Shown: positions 34,931 to 46,190 of the stretch, piece by piece
Position numbering within the stretch: position 1 is the stretch's first letter
Layout: each line of letters starts with the position of its first letter
Assembly (NCBI GenBank): GCA_036172245.1
Contig: JAYWIR010000008.1
Coordinates: forward strand, 1,364,001-1,428,000
Direction: 5' to 3'
Source: Raillietiella orientalis
Taxonomy: Eukaryota
DNA: 64,000 bases
Position numbers and translations under genes: made by a program
Notes under the pieces: model-generated
The model's input: only the letters and a program-made list of their open reading frames with translations
Databases searched by the model: none
What the model was told of the DNA's origin: nothing

Positions 34931-35739
34931 GAGAACGAAGTTCTGCCCGAGCACCCTGCGGAAGGGTAGGAAGTCCTTCTGCTTAGCACCAATCTCTTCG
35001 TTCGCCACGGCAGCACAGGGGAAGGGGAGACAAAAAGCAAAATAAAACGAAAAAAATACAAAAAATTAAAGGGGAGGGGGGGTCGAGAAGGGATCACTGT
35101 GCGCTGGCAGGTGTCCTCTGCATCCTTGCAGTTCCTGTTTTGAGGCTCCTAGATGGGGCCATCTTGACGCTATCCTCATGGAGAGGACAGCAAAATAGAT
35201 GGCGTTCCCTATTGTCCTGGCCTCGTTTGGCGTAGCTTCGACGAGAGACGCTTTAAAACGTCTCTGGCATTGCCGCCGGGGGTTCCAAGGGCCGTGGCCA
35301 AGCGTCCCCAAAGGGTCCTGCTTACTCTTCCTTCGGATGGGGGTCTCATGAAAAGCTGCGGGACCTCCCCCTTCTTCAAAGTCGTCTTCAGCTCCGCAAT
35401 CATCCTCATGCGCAGCATCATGCTCACAGGCAGCAGCAGGAGGACGAGTTGACCACTCGCGGGAACTCCACCGCCCAGCGGCGTAAAGCACAAAGGCGAT
35501 CTCCAGCTGCCTCCGGCCGTGAAAGGCCCAAAAGGCCGTCACTTGGTTCACCCTGTCCTCACCAACGAAGCTTCCGCATCCCACGCTTCCATGCCAGGAC
35601 GCATCCCAGGACGCTATCCCTGGACAGTCCGAACTCAGGAGAGGCACTTGTTCGAAGATCGACTGACTGCAAGGGCATCGACCACTTAGGTCCTGCGGAG
35701 ACTCGTGGAGGCTACCAAGCTGTCTTCAAACCCCACCCT

Positions 35740-36314
35740 CACCTCGGGGAGCACTCGCAGACCCGGAACAGTGGCGCGCGGGCGTCCGCAGAGAAAAACC
35801 AGCGAAAGCCCCGTCCACGTCGCCACCGAGCGCACGTGCGCGTCACCTCGCCGTGCCAACGGGGGATGCCACGTGCGACATCAGCCAGAGTCGACTCCCT
35901 TCCCCCCCCCCCTTCCTCCTCCATCCTGCCTGCCGCATGCAGCTCTGCATCGCGCAGTGCGCAACCGAGAAATGCGGGGACGGTCGCGGGCGGTGCGGCG
36001 CGGCGGGTGAGCAGCAGCGACCCCTCAGCCGCAAGCAGACGCATTCAGGGTCTCCCCCTATCCGCGGATCGAGCCGCTCCTTCGCGTCGAGGGAGCCACC
36101 TCGCTCCCGATGCACCTGCTGTCCCGATCCCGGGGCCTGACTCGCTGCGGCGTCCGTCGGGCGGGCGGGAAAGGACCGGTCCCATCGCGGGGCCGGGAGG
36201 GTTGGATTGTCTTCCCCGCCAAGGGTGGTGGCGTGGCCGCTCGGGGCGGCAGCGACCGCCGCTGAGGTCGCGCTGAGCGACTCCGCTTCACGGGTGCAGA
36301 GCTCAGCCGCGAAG
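35740..36314. repeat. Dispersed repeat, copy 1 (direct repeat of 45632-46190)
   Basis: Near-identical blocks from cacctcggggagcactcgcagacccggaacagtggcgcgcgg to cgggtgcagag..cagccgcgaag. Confidence 0.92.
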
Positions 36315-36649
36315 TGGGGAAAAGTGTCCCTCCCGGAGATGAAGATCATTGCAAGCGCGGGTTCAGAGGTTCCCCGAACGGCTCCCTCAACCCTTAGGAC
36401 TCGGCCTTTTGCCCGCCTCAGGAGCGACCCGCGGCCACTGCGAACCCGACTGCATTTCCGCGCGAGCAAAGTTCGGAAAAACGCCAGCGGCAGCGCACCC
36501 GTAGGGCCTCGGAGTGAAATGAAACCAAGGGAATGGAAACCCCTCGATCAAGGGTACGGATGGCCGCCACTTGCCGGTGGAGGTCAGTCCACCGGCCGGG
36601 CTGCCCGCAGCGGTCGCTGCGAACTCGCGAATCCGAATGCGGATGGCAA

Positions 36650-39110
36650 CGTCAGGGAACAGCGCATGCTACTGAGTTCACGCCTTGCGGGATGGCAGCT
36701 CCGCAGGCACGTGGCACGCGAGCGACTGCCCGCAAGTTCACCGCCCTGCGCCGTTCCTTCGATCCGCGCCCTTCCCCAACGAGACGCAAACGACGAGTGC
36801 CCAGGAAGCTTCCGGGAAGAGCTAGGAACTGGAAGTTGGCAAGCGGTCCACCTCCGGAGTCGATTTCCCGATCAGAGCTGATCCGCGCGGCAGGAAGAGG
36901 GTCAGGTCGGGATGCCACACGTCCTCTGTCCCTCGAGGGGCTTGCCAGCGGCTCTTTGGGACGCAAGGGAAGGGAAGAAGCCTAGAAAGACTGGCTTCCC
37001 ACTCCTCGGCCGGAAGAATTTCTGCGTCGACAGAAGCTTTCGTTCTTGGGATCCTGGCATATCAGGAGGCGACGTAGCGGCATGGAGTGAGTCCAGGATC
37101 CCCTTCAAGGAAGACGGAACACTGTTGGAAGGGAACCGATGCATTCCGATGCCCCCATTTCTCCTCTTGTCTCCTGCCGGATGCGGCACCGCTCTCAGCG
37201 CGGACTGTGAAAGAGGTGACCCCAGGACCGATGGTCGAGGGAACGTGGACGAGTAGGGGTTCTTCTTGCCTGACGCATCCCATTCCTCGGGGAGATACTA
37301 TCCCAGATTCATGCCTGGACGCAGCTGGAGAGCTGCAGTACCCAAGCGTCGATGCCCCGGGTGTCATCACAGCGCCTTCTTTCTCCTCCCTCTTGAAGCG
37401 TTTGGATCCTTCCTATCAGACCGGCGTTCGTCCGACCTTCGACTTCGTTTCGGCGGGAAGAACCGATGCCGTTCTTGGAGTGCGCCCGAGCGTTTGCTCC
37501 CTTGCAGATCTGTGCCCGATAAGGATGAGGGGCTGGAGCAGAGACCAGCTTGGGAAGGTGGAGTTCCGGATTTGGCACTTCCACCCCTTTTCTCGAAGAG
37601 CAGCCTTCTGGGCGAAGAGGTCACGGCTCCACCAGGCAATCCCAGGTTCCCCCTCTCGCAGAAGGAAGGCGAAATCGAGGCGCCACGCCATGAGCACAGT
37701 TCTCCGCGATTGAGCCATCCCACCCGCGGTGGTCTGCAAGTCGAAACGGAACCGAAAAGCGGGACTCTCAAGGGCGAGGGAGGCAGACGCAGGAGCACGG
37801 ACACTCCTGAAAGTCTCAGGAGAGCAGCAGGCCAGCGGTACCGGAGACCGGGAGCAACCCAGGGTCGGCCTTCAGAAGGAGTCTCTCTGGCTGTTCTGCT
37901 TAGCGTCCACCGCTCCTCCGGTTGGGGTCTTCGAGAAGAGGAAAGCGCTCCAGAGCGGCGTCCCCACCCGGAAGCGGAACTGCCTCGGGCTCGTCCCACA
38001 GCAGTGCCGCCGTCAGCGTGGCTGTGGGGCGAGCAGGCTGCGCTTCCCGCAGACCGGCGTGCAAGTGTCCCTAAGATGGTGCTGGAAGACGGGAGGATAA
38101 CTGCGCTTCGTATTACACGACGGATTGCTCGGCGTGCAGCTGCAGAAGCAGAGATGAGGAAAGATTCTTTGTCTGCTCCTGGCGGATGACGTTCTCACGT
38201 CTCCGCTGTGATCGTGGAGTGGAATCGGCGGTGGAAGGCGCTGCTCTAAGAGCGGCCCTGCCCAGAAGCTTCGGTTGCGAAGGAGCTCGGAAGAGGGCCA
38301 AAACGCACCGTGGGGACGCGGAGTACGCGAAGGACGACTTCCTGTCGGAGGAGGAAGCTTCCCAGGACTGTAGACGGGAGGAGGGAGCAGGGTGATAGGA
38401 GAGTTCGTGCACTATCTCCCCACATCCATCTTTCCGGAGATGCCCTCACAGCAGCACTCACGCCGTCTCCTGGGAAACTAAAAGCACTACACCGGGACAT
38501 CTTGCGAGGTCCGGCGAGCGCCACACTCCTCTACCGGAACCTCTTCCTGCTTTCTTCTCGGAGGGAACTGCGATTTCAACATCACCTCTTCGGAGGGGAT
38601 GGCACGTTTTCTCGGGTCCGGTCCTCCGGCCCAGAGGCATCTCGGCCCGATTGAGGATGGGAGGCGCTCTCCAGCAAGAACGGAGGCGGACTGCACGGAG
38701 GGGCGTTCCGTCCCACGCAGACAGAGCGTTCATACGCCAGGCTGTGAAAGAAGAGCCAGTCCCAGCCCCCCTTCCTTCCTCCTGGCCACTGGCACATCCC
38801 AGACGACTTCTCCGAGAGAAGTTCGCGCGACCCCTGGTGGCCGTTGCAAAGGGAGACGCAACGGACCCCAAGGATCGCGAGCACTCACACCGGCGCAAGG
38901 TTCGTCCTGGCTTCAGGAGCTGCCAAAGTCCCTCTGGAGGGAAAGCACAGCGGGCACGGACGCCGGGCGCGACCTGGGATCACGTCCGAGGTCCCAGCTT
39001 GCTCTCTCGCCGGCCCAGTAAGCGCAGGGCTGCCCGCGCCTGAGATCTGCCTGTACTGCAAAGGCGGCATATCGATCTGAAGGGAAAGGACGGCCTCGGC
39101 CAGCAAGGGT
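36650..39110 (-). mobile_element. Possible heavily decayed RT + RLE non-LTR element
   Basis: Degenerate motifs occur in the expected order: GRPFPSDRY (PGPDG-like), VRCVSLCN (RPISL-like), SAFSFPGDGVSAAVRA (AF.SV.H-like), SFLLRQEVV..PTVRF (GV.QG-like), GC..EEPLLVHV (zinc knuckle), GLTPC..VDAEI.P.E (PD..D-like), LALPGSFLGT. Each is weak on its own. Confidence 0.3.
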
Positions 39111-42031
39111 GTAGGAGGACTCCTTCCTCTGTAAGGGCATCCTGGGCACTCGGACTCCGCTCATGAGCGGAAGGCACCAGCATGTTGCTTTCTCTGAGCG
39201 ACGCGGTCAGCAGCTCGACCTCTACCAACCTAAATCGACGCAACCGGCAAAGATCCCTTCCATACACACACGCTCCTGCACTCACCCCTTGCCTCCTCGC
39301 AACTGTTGTCTCTAGGGTGATCAGACGGGGTGCTCGCATGCTGGAGCATGCGACACACTCAGAGGAGAGCCTGCGGCCCGTGCCAGGCGCAGGCGTTTCT
39401 CCAGAGAAGGAGCGGAAGGGGTAAGCGAAAGGGTCGCCCCCGCGGACGAGGCCGGACATCTGCATGTTTCTCTCTCGACAGCGGCTGCTGCCTCTTCTTC
39501 CTCTGGGTGCGTTGCACGAAGGATCACGTGCAGGTGCATGACTAGCTACGACACGGGCGTTGCCGGCCATCACCACACCACGCTGATGGCGGCGCTGCTG
39601 CGGGACGAGTCCGGGGAGCGTCCCTGGAAACGCACGCGTTCTTTCAGGCGAGGACGCCACAGTGGAGATCTCGTTCCCGCGCAGGGACCCCGACCCGGAG
39701 GCGCGGTGAATGCAGGACAGTCAGGGAGGCTTCATCTGGAGGCCGACCCCGGGTTGCTCCCGGTCGCCGCCCCGCCGGCCTGCTGCTCTCCTGATGTCTC
39801 CGGAAGTGCCCGGAGAAGAGTGCTGTGGCAGCAGGAATACCGGTGCGCGGCGAACCTCAGAGTCCAGGTCCACCGTCCCTCCAGGGCGCGGCGGTCTCCG
39901 AACGGGGGAGACGACCCGGAGGCGACCCTTTCCCACACGTAAACCGGCACGGGCATGATGACCGGTAGTCTTCCCGGAAGCGTGCCCGCGTCGTTGTGGA
40001 CAGAGACTTCCGCTTCCTGTGGGACACTGCCGAAGACAGGAATATGTGAGATGTGAGCGCCACGTGGGTCACGCGCCGGCCTTAGCCACTGTTGCCGAGC
40101 TGTATCATCCATCCTTCGTCGTCCGGACGACTCTTCAGCTCATCTGCATCCACAGCCACACGCCTTTAGGCTGCATCGCCGAGACCATCCGCAGCCTTTG
40201 CTCGTCTGGACCAGGGAGGGTCCTTCCTTCGCGCTGCTGGCCGAGCAGTCCACTGGACTCTGGACGCGTTTCCACGGACGATGTCCGTTGCGTCCGCGAC
40301 TCCGTAAGTCCTGTGGGTGCCATTCGGAAGCCTGTCTTCGCGGATGCCTCCGTCCCGCCGGCGTGGACACGCCCTCGCTCCCTCGCCGGTGGTCGCGGTC
40401 ATCGCGCCTCGCGACCGTGCCTGCGCCGCGGGGCAGATCAGGAGAGCTGCCCTGCTGCACGATCACCGACGGCGGTGACTTCACTCCACGGAGCCGTCGG
40501 CTGAGCAGAACCCCTCCAGCGTCCTCAGCAACGCCGGCCCGATGACCGACGAATCTCCAGATGTGGAAGAGATGTCTTCCGAAGGAAGGAGGTATCCCTT
40601 CCTACACCTCTTTCGGATACCCTGAGCCATCGCTAGACCACCTCGGCAGTTGCGTCCACTGCCCTCCGAGATTTGAGCGACCATGCGCCCGCGCTGAGAT
40701 GGTCATTCCCTCTCAACTGCTCTTATTTTTTTTTCCTTCCCCCTTGAGCGCGCGGTGGATCGATCAGCGGTGGCGCAGCGTACGGAGGAGCTGATGCTCC
40801 GCGGAAGAGCGCTCCGATCGGCGGGCATTCGCGTGCGTCTCCCTAGCACCGTTCCTGAGGCGGGAGCTGCGCTGCTGCTCCGCAGAAAGTTACCTCCTTC
40901 TCTTGAAAGGTGCGCATCCCCCCGAAGTCAGCCATCTATAGCGATGGATAGCGGAGCGATTGATTGGTGAGCCGACAGTTCCCCCCCCCCTCCTTTTTCC
41001 TCTCCTCCTCCGTCTTCACGGGGAGAGGCGATCGCTTGGATCTTTTCGCGTTGGTTCGCTCTCTACTTCCGCGCGGCGGCCACATAGAGAATACTCTTTG
41101 CTCGGCACGTCTGCAGGCATTGCTGATCAGTGGATGTGTTGAGCTCACTTCCAAGTCTACGATGCGTTCTCGGGGTGGGAGAGTGGGGGGACGAGCATCT
41201 GCGTGCGTTTCTGAGACCTGGGTGGCAACGCGGATGCCCTAGGGACACCAGAGACTCTGGAAAGTGAAGGCGCCGGCCACCAGCACTCTCTCTTGGGAGC
41301 TGCAGACCGGTGACCCCGAGCAGCTCCGCGAGATCTGATTTCGGAATTTTTAGAAGTTGGGTCAGAGGGTGGCCGGAGCCATCCTTGGTCACGAGGGCAA
41401 GTCCGTTCGGTCGCACGTTCGGAGAGGCACTATCGAGCCCGCAGTCCCCGCTTCTCCCCATCTGCATGGCCAGGGTTCACTCACGAGCGGGACGGCGTCT
41501 CCTGGCGCTCCATGGCGCGCCCAGCGTCAAGTTGCAGAGGGATTCTCCGTCGTTAAGCCATCGCATCCATCCGTCCGCACCTATTCATCCGACGGTCATC
41601 TTCGATTGCACTCCACAGTGGTCCCCTTGTGCGTGCGCTCCGCCGACCCGGAAAGAGATCCGCTCTCCAGGGCGAGAAAATCAGCTCGCGGGCTCCCCAC
41701 GCTTGTATTCACCGCTTGGTAAACAGCAAAACCCAAGCACCGTTTCTGCTGCTCGATTAACTATGTGATGCGCTGTCTAAACAGCGACCGAAGATATCGA
41801 TTCAGCAGCGGCTCTGAAGGCAAAGAACTGCATTTGCGATGAGCACGCGGAGAATACAGAAGAGAATACAGAAGCCACGTCCTTCAAAGAATTGGGACAA
41901 CTCAGAGAGCAGTCATTGTGTCCTGCGGAAGAAAGTTCAGGTCAGTGAAATGAAGAGTGGAAACACCAGAGCTTGGCGTTTAGGTAAATAGCGATCGTCA
42001 TTTGAAAACGCGTGCATCATTTTACATTACA

Positions 42032-42435
42032 TTTTTTGGTATATAACCAAAAAATGTGCATTATTCTACCGTACTCAGTTCTCATTTTATAAATAACAGA
42101 GATCAATTTTATTTATATTATTTCATCGCATATGAATAAGTGTCACGTATATATATATACACGTGACACTTTTTCATTATTCATGCGTTATAAAAACTTT
42201 TTCATTCATTCATTATATTCATTATGAACAATATAATTAAAATATTTTTGATTTGGTTATATATATATATAATGTGGCACTTGTTCATATACGATAAATA
42301 ATATAAGTAAATTTTATCTTTGTTGTTTATAATATGAGAATTGAATACGGTAAAGTGGTACGCATTTTTTGGTTATATATATGTAACCAAATAAACAATA
42401 TTTTGATTATGCTATTTATTGTATGTATAACCAAA
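42032..42435. repeat. AT-rich island of ~100 bp units separated by (TA)n, including a 104/103 bp inverted pair (foldback or MITE-like)
   Basis: 42044-42147 versus the reverse complement of 42273-42375 gives 18 substitutions + 1 indel by hand alignment. The units share termini GTG(A/G)CACTT and TTTGGTTA. Confidence 0.85.
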
Positions 42436-45400
42436 TATTCCGTTAAGTAATGATTATTAAACGAAATATGTTTATACGGCAGCTGGCATTACTGTAATGA
42501 TTGTATCCTGGAAACGGGAAGGATACGAGTCAACTCATACCCTGAACAATAGGAATGCTCTATATACGGATTAATTTAGTGTTAATGCTTAGTATGAAAT
42601 AAATATAGAATACCCTTGAATTCGATGGAGAAAAAAGGCTTAATTGGCAACTTTCGTAAAAATAACCAATAGCGACTAGTAAATAATAAACAAAAAAAAA
42701 AACAAAATAGGGAAAAGTGAGCAGTTTGCAAGATTAGTGGATTGGGTTTACAACTAAAATGTAAAGAAGCAGAAAAAAGTGAATACGAAGAGGCAGTGTT
42801 TAAAACCGAGGACAAACGTTTCCTAACGCGAGCTGAATTTACTATTGGAGTGTGTTTGAGCTTTTTGGTTTCCCTAGTTCAGTGGCCATGTCTGTCGTGA
42901 CCTTCAAAGAAATACAAGAAGGAATATTTAGTTTCCATTTAACGATAACTCGAGTTTGTGGTCATTCCGTTCAACGTTCAAGGTGTGAAGTGAGGAAGAT
43001 GAACCTCGTTTCCGGATAGGGTCTCAATATATCTCTGGAAAGGTAAACCAAAGGCTGGCGATCGAGGAGTACAAGACCTTTTCTTTAGTGTGGATAGCAA
43101 GACGTGGTGGTGGATTCCCCGGAAGGTGCACCCATACAAAAGTAATGTCATTTCTAACTCTACTTCATCCTTCTTTCTTTCTCTCCTCCCTCCCCCCCCC
43201 CTTTTTTTTTCACGTGGAGGGTGTGTGTGCCTGCATACATCAAAGCCCCACCAATCTCCCAATTCTCCACAAGCTGTATCAATCCCATCCTTATCTGAAT
43301 CAACGCATCCTGCGCGCTGTGATAAATCATCATCTTAACTTAAAGGGTGACACAACTTTGAAGATCAACAGCCTTGTTCTTCACCCATGACACCAATGCA
43401 ATGAAACGATGGACAGCTCGCCTCTTCAGAGACTTAGCGCCTTCCTTAGCTCGAGCTGCTTTTTAACCTCCGAGCAGACCCTACTTTATTTCACTTGTGA
43501 GGAAACTCTTCTAATAGGCATCCTTGGTAAACTTTACCAAATCCCTCATTCTCTCCCCCTCCCGGCTTGCTCCATGCTTACAAATTGCAAGCGCAAGTCC
43601 CAAATTTTCTTTGGATTGCACTGCAAGTTCTCAGGAACGCCAGACGAAGCATAGTATCAAAGTTCCAAAATGGCTACCGTCGTTCCCATGGCTACTTAAA
43701 TCGCTATGCCTTCGCAAACGAAACGAAACGAGGCTCACCCTATGTGAGATCTTAGCGCATAAGGTAGACGCGTGTACAGCGCGGGTTCGTTCAGTGGGCG
43801 GCGGAAAAATGCAGACAGTCCTTGTATTATACGAAGATTCGTCGGCATTGCTTTTCAAGAACAGCTGAGCTAACACGAGGCTAGAAAAAAAAAAAAAAAA
43901 CGGTCGTGCGGGGATCATCTACCGCGTTATACGAGGACTGTCGGCATTTTTCTGTCTCCGCGTTGCGGAAGTGCGTGTTATACGGCGTCTCCGAATCGCA
44001 AATTCACACACACCTCATTGTGGCAATTAGAAATTTACCTGCTGACACGGACAAGCGACTGCCGCAGAGAATTTATCTGAATTTCCACCCCTGCATTCAT
44101 TCTGTCCTTATCAGAGCCCTTCTGCCTGTGGGCATTCCCTCCGCCTCCCTGGCATCTCTCTGGCTGCCTTCGGCTTCCAGTGCATCCCTCAGTGGCGCAA
44201 ACGCAACGCGGACGGCCAGCCACCGTGCGGCCCCATTCCGTCCTCGCAGCTCCTCCGCTCGTGTGACCATCCCCTCTCTGCGGAGTGGATCCCTCCCGGG
44301 AGTCCAGGCGACCGGCAGCCCATCTTCTTGGGCGAGCGAGCCTCGTCACCTGCCGAGCGCCCTCACGGAAGAGCGGAAGCTGGATGCTGGGGCATAGCTC
44401 ATCTGCGCGCTGTGGGCCATCGCGGTGGCGTCCTCAGCATCACGAACGCTGTCGACGAGTTTCTCTCTCTGTTTCCCACGATCGATACGGAAACGACTGT
44501 GGGTCTGCCCAGTGATCTGTGATGATTTTACCCACCACTACCGTGAGTCACCTTGCAAAAGTCACTTCCGAGCACTTGTCCTCGCCCGGAGGCGCTCCGC
44601 GAGCAGCCGTCTTCAGGAACGAGTCCTTGAAGCGACCCGCGGTTCCTGAGCGAGGGCGCGAAAGCGAAAGTTCCGGGACCGCAGAAACCGACGAAGACCG
44701 GTTCCCGAACCAGGACCCTCCCGGAGCAGTGGAGCAGACAGCTTCGGACAACCAGGTACCCCCTTCGACGCGAGCAACCCGGGGTCCACGTGGGATCGAA
44801 AGCATCCGCCCGCCAGGCGGTACCGGATGCGTCCATGGGGCCACCGGAATCATCAGCGGGTGACGTCACCGTAGCAGAAATGCACGCTCGGAAGAGGGCG
44901 GCGATGATAACAGGGGTGGAAGAAATGAGAGTAAGAGGAGTATTTGAGGGTAGGAGGATGAGGATGTGGCCGGTGGTAATGTTAGCTGCGAGTCGCAGGA
45001 AATTAGGCCTTGAATTATGGGCCTTGTGGTTTCCAGGAGTGAGATGGGGAGGGATACTGGGGCTGCTCTTGGAATGAGGGCTGGGTGAGACAAAGTGAGG
45101 AGTTGTGGTAGACGGGAAAGGAGATTCATAATGCGGTAGCTAGGAGGGATGTGAAGAGGAGGGCAGACAATGGATTGGAGCGATCGGAATTACCGATAGT
45201 AGTCGCTATAGCAACGTCGAAAAATTTCTTGATTCATTGCAGAGGAGGAGTCGCAATCCTTGAAGAAGTCTGTGAACGTTTCCGCCTACTGAAGCAGCGC
45301 AGCTGCCGAAAACGTGCGAAGGTCAGGAGTGAGACCTCCATCGAACTTCAGCCGGGTCAGCTGCATTTACTCCACCCTTGCGACCGAAAGTCGGACGCCA

Positions 45401-45631
45401 GAGGGCAAGGAAGAAGGTGGCCAAGGGACCCCTGGGAAGAGTTGAGACACGAACTCGTCTGGACCTCTGTCGGCTCAGGTTCTGGAAGAGCAACGTGAAA
45501 CGCTCCAGTGAGATTCCGGACGCCCTGACGCGGAGGATGCTGGAACATTCTCGAGCAGCCATATTCTGGCTTGGAGGCCAACGGTAGGCGACGGGATGGT
45601 TTGGTAAACATCGGGAAGGGCAACCCTGCCA

Positions 45632-46190
45632 CACCTCGGGGAGCACTCGCAGACCCGGAACAGTGGCGCGCGGACGTCCTCAGAAAAACACTACCGAAAG
45701 TCCCGCCCACATAGCCACCGCGCGCGCGCGACGTCGCCGTGCCAACGGGGGGTGCCACGTGCGACGTCAGCCAGAGCCGACTCCCTCCCCCTCCTCCTCC
45801 ATCCTGCCTGCCGCACGCAGCTCGGCATCGCGCAGTGCTCAACCGAGAAATGCGGGGGCGGTCGCGGGCGGTGCGGCGCGGCGGGTGAGCAGCAGCGACC
45901 CCTCAGCCGGAAGCTGACGCATTCGGGGTCTCCCCCTATCCGCGGATCGAGCCGCTCCTTCGCGTCGAGGGAGCCACCTCGCTCCCGATGCACCTGCTGT
46001 CCCGATCCCGGGCCTGACACGCTGCGGCGCCCGTCGGGCGGGCAGGAAAGGGCCGGCCCCATCGCGGGACCGGGCGGGTTGGATTGTCTTCCCCACCAGG
46101 GCGGCGGCGTGGCCGCTCGGAGCGGCAGCGACCACCGCTGAGGTCACGCCGAGCAACCCCGCTTCTCGGGTGCAGAGAGCAGCCGCGAAG
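45632..46190. repeat. Dispersed repeat, copy 2 (direct repeat of 35740-36314)
   Basis: Same sequence as copy 1 with scattered substitutions and small indels. Confidence 0.92.

Noticed and set aside
42032..42435. CRISPR-like repeat-spacer array
   Set aside because: Eukaryotic context, no cas genes, mixed orientation and no identical direct repeats.
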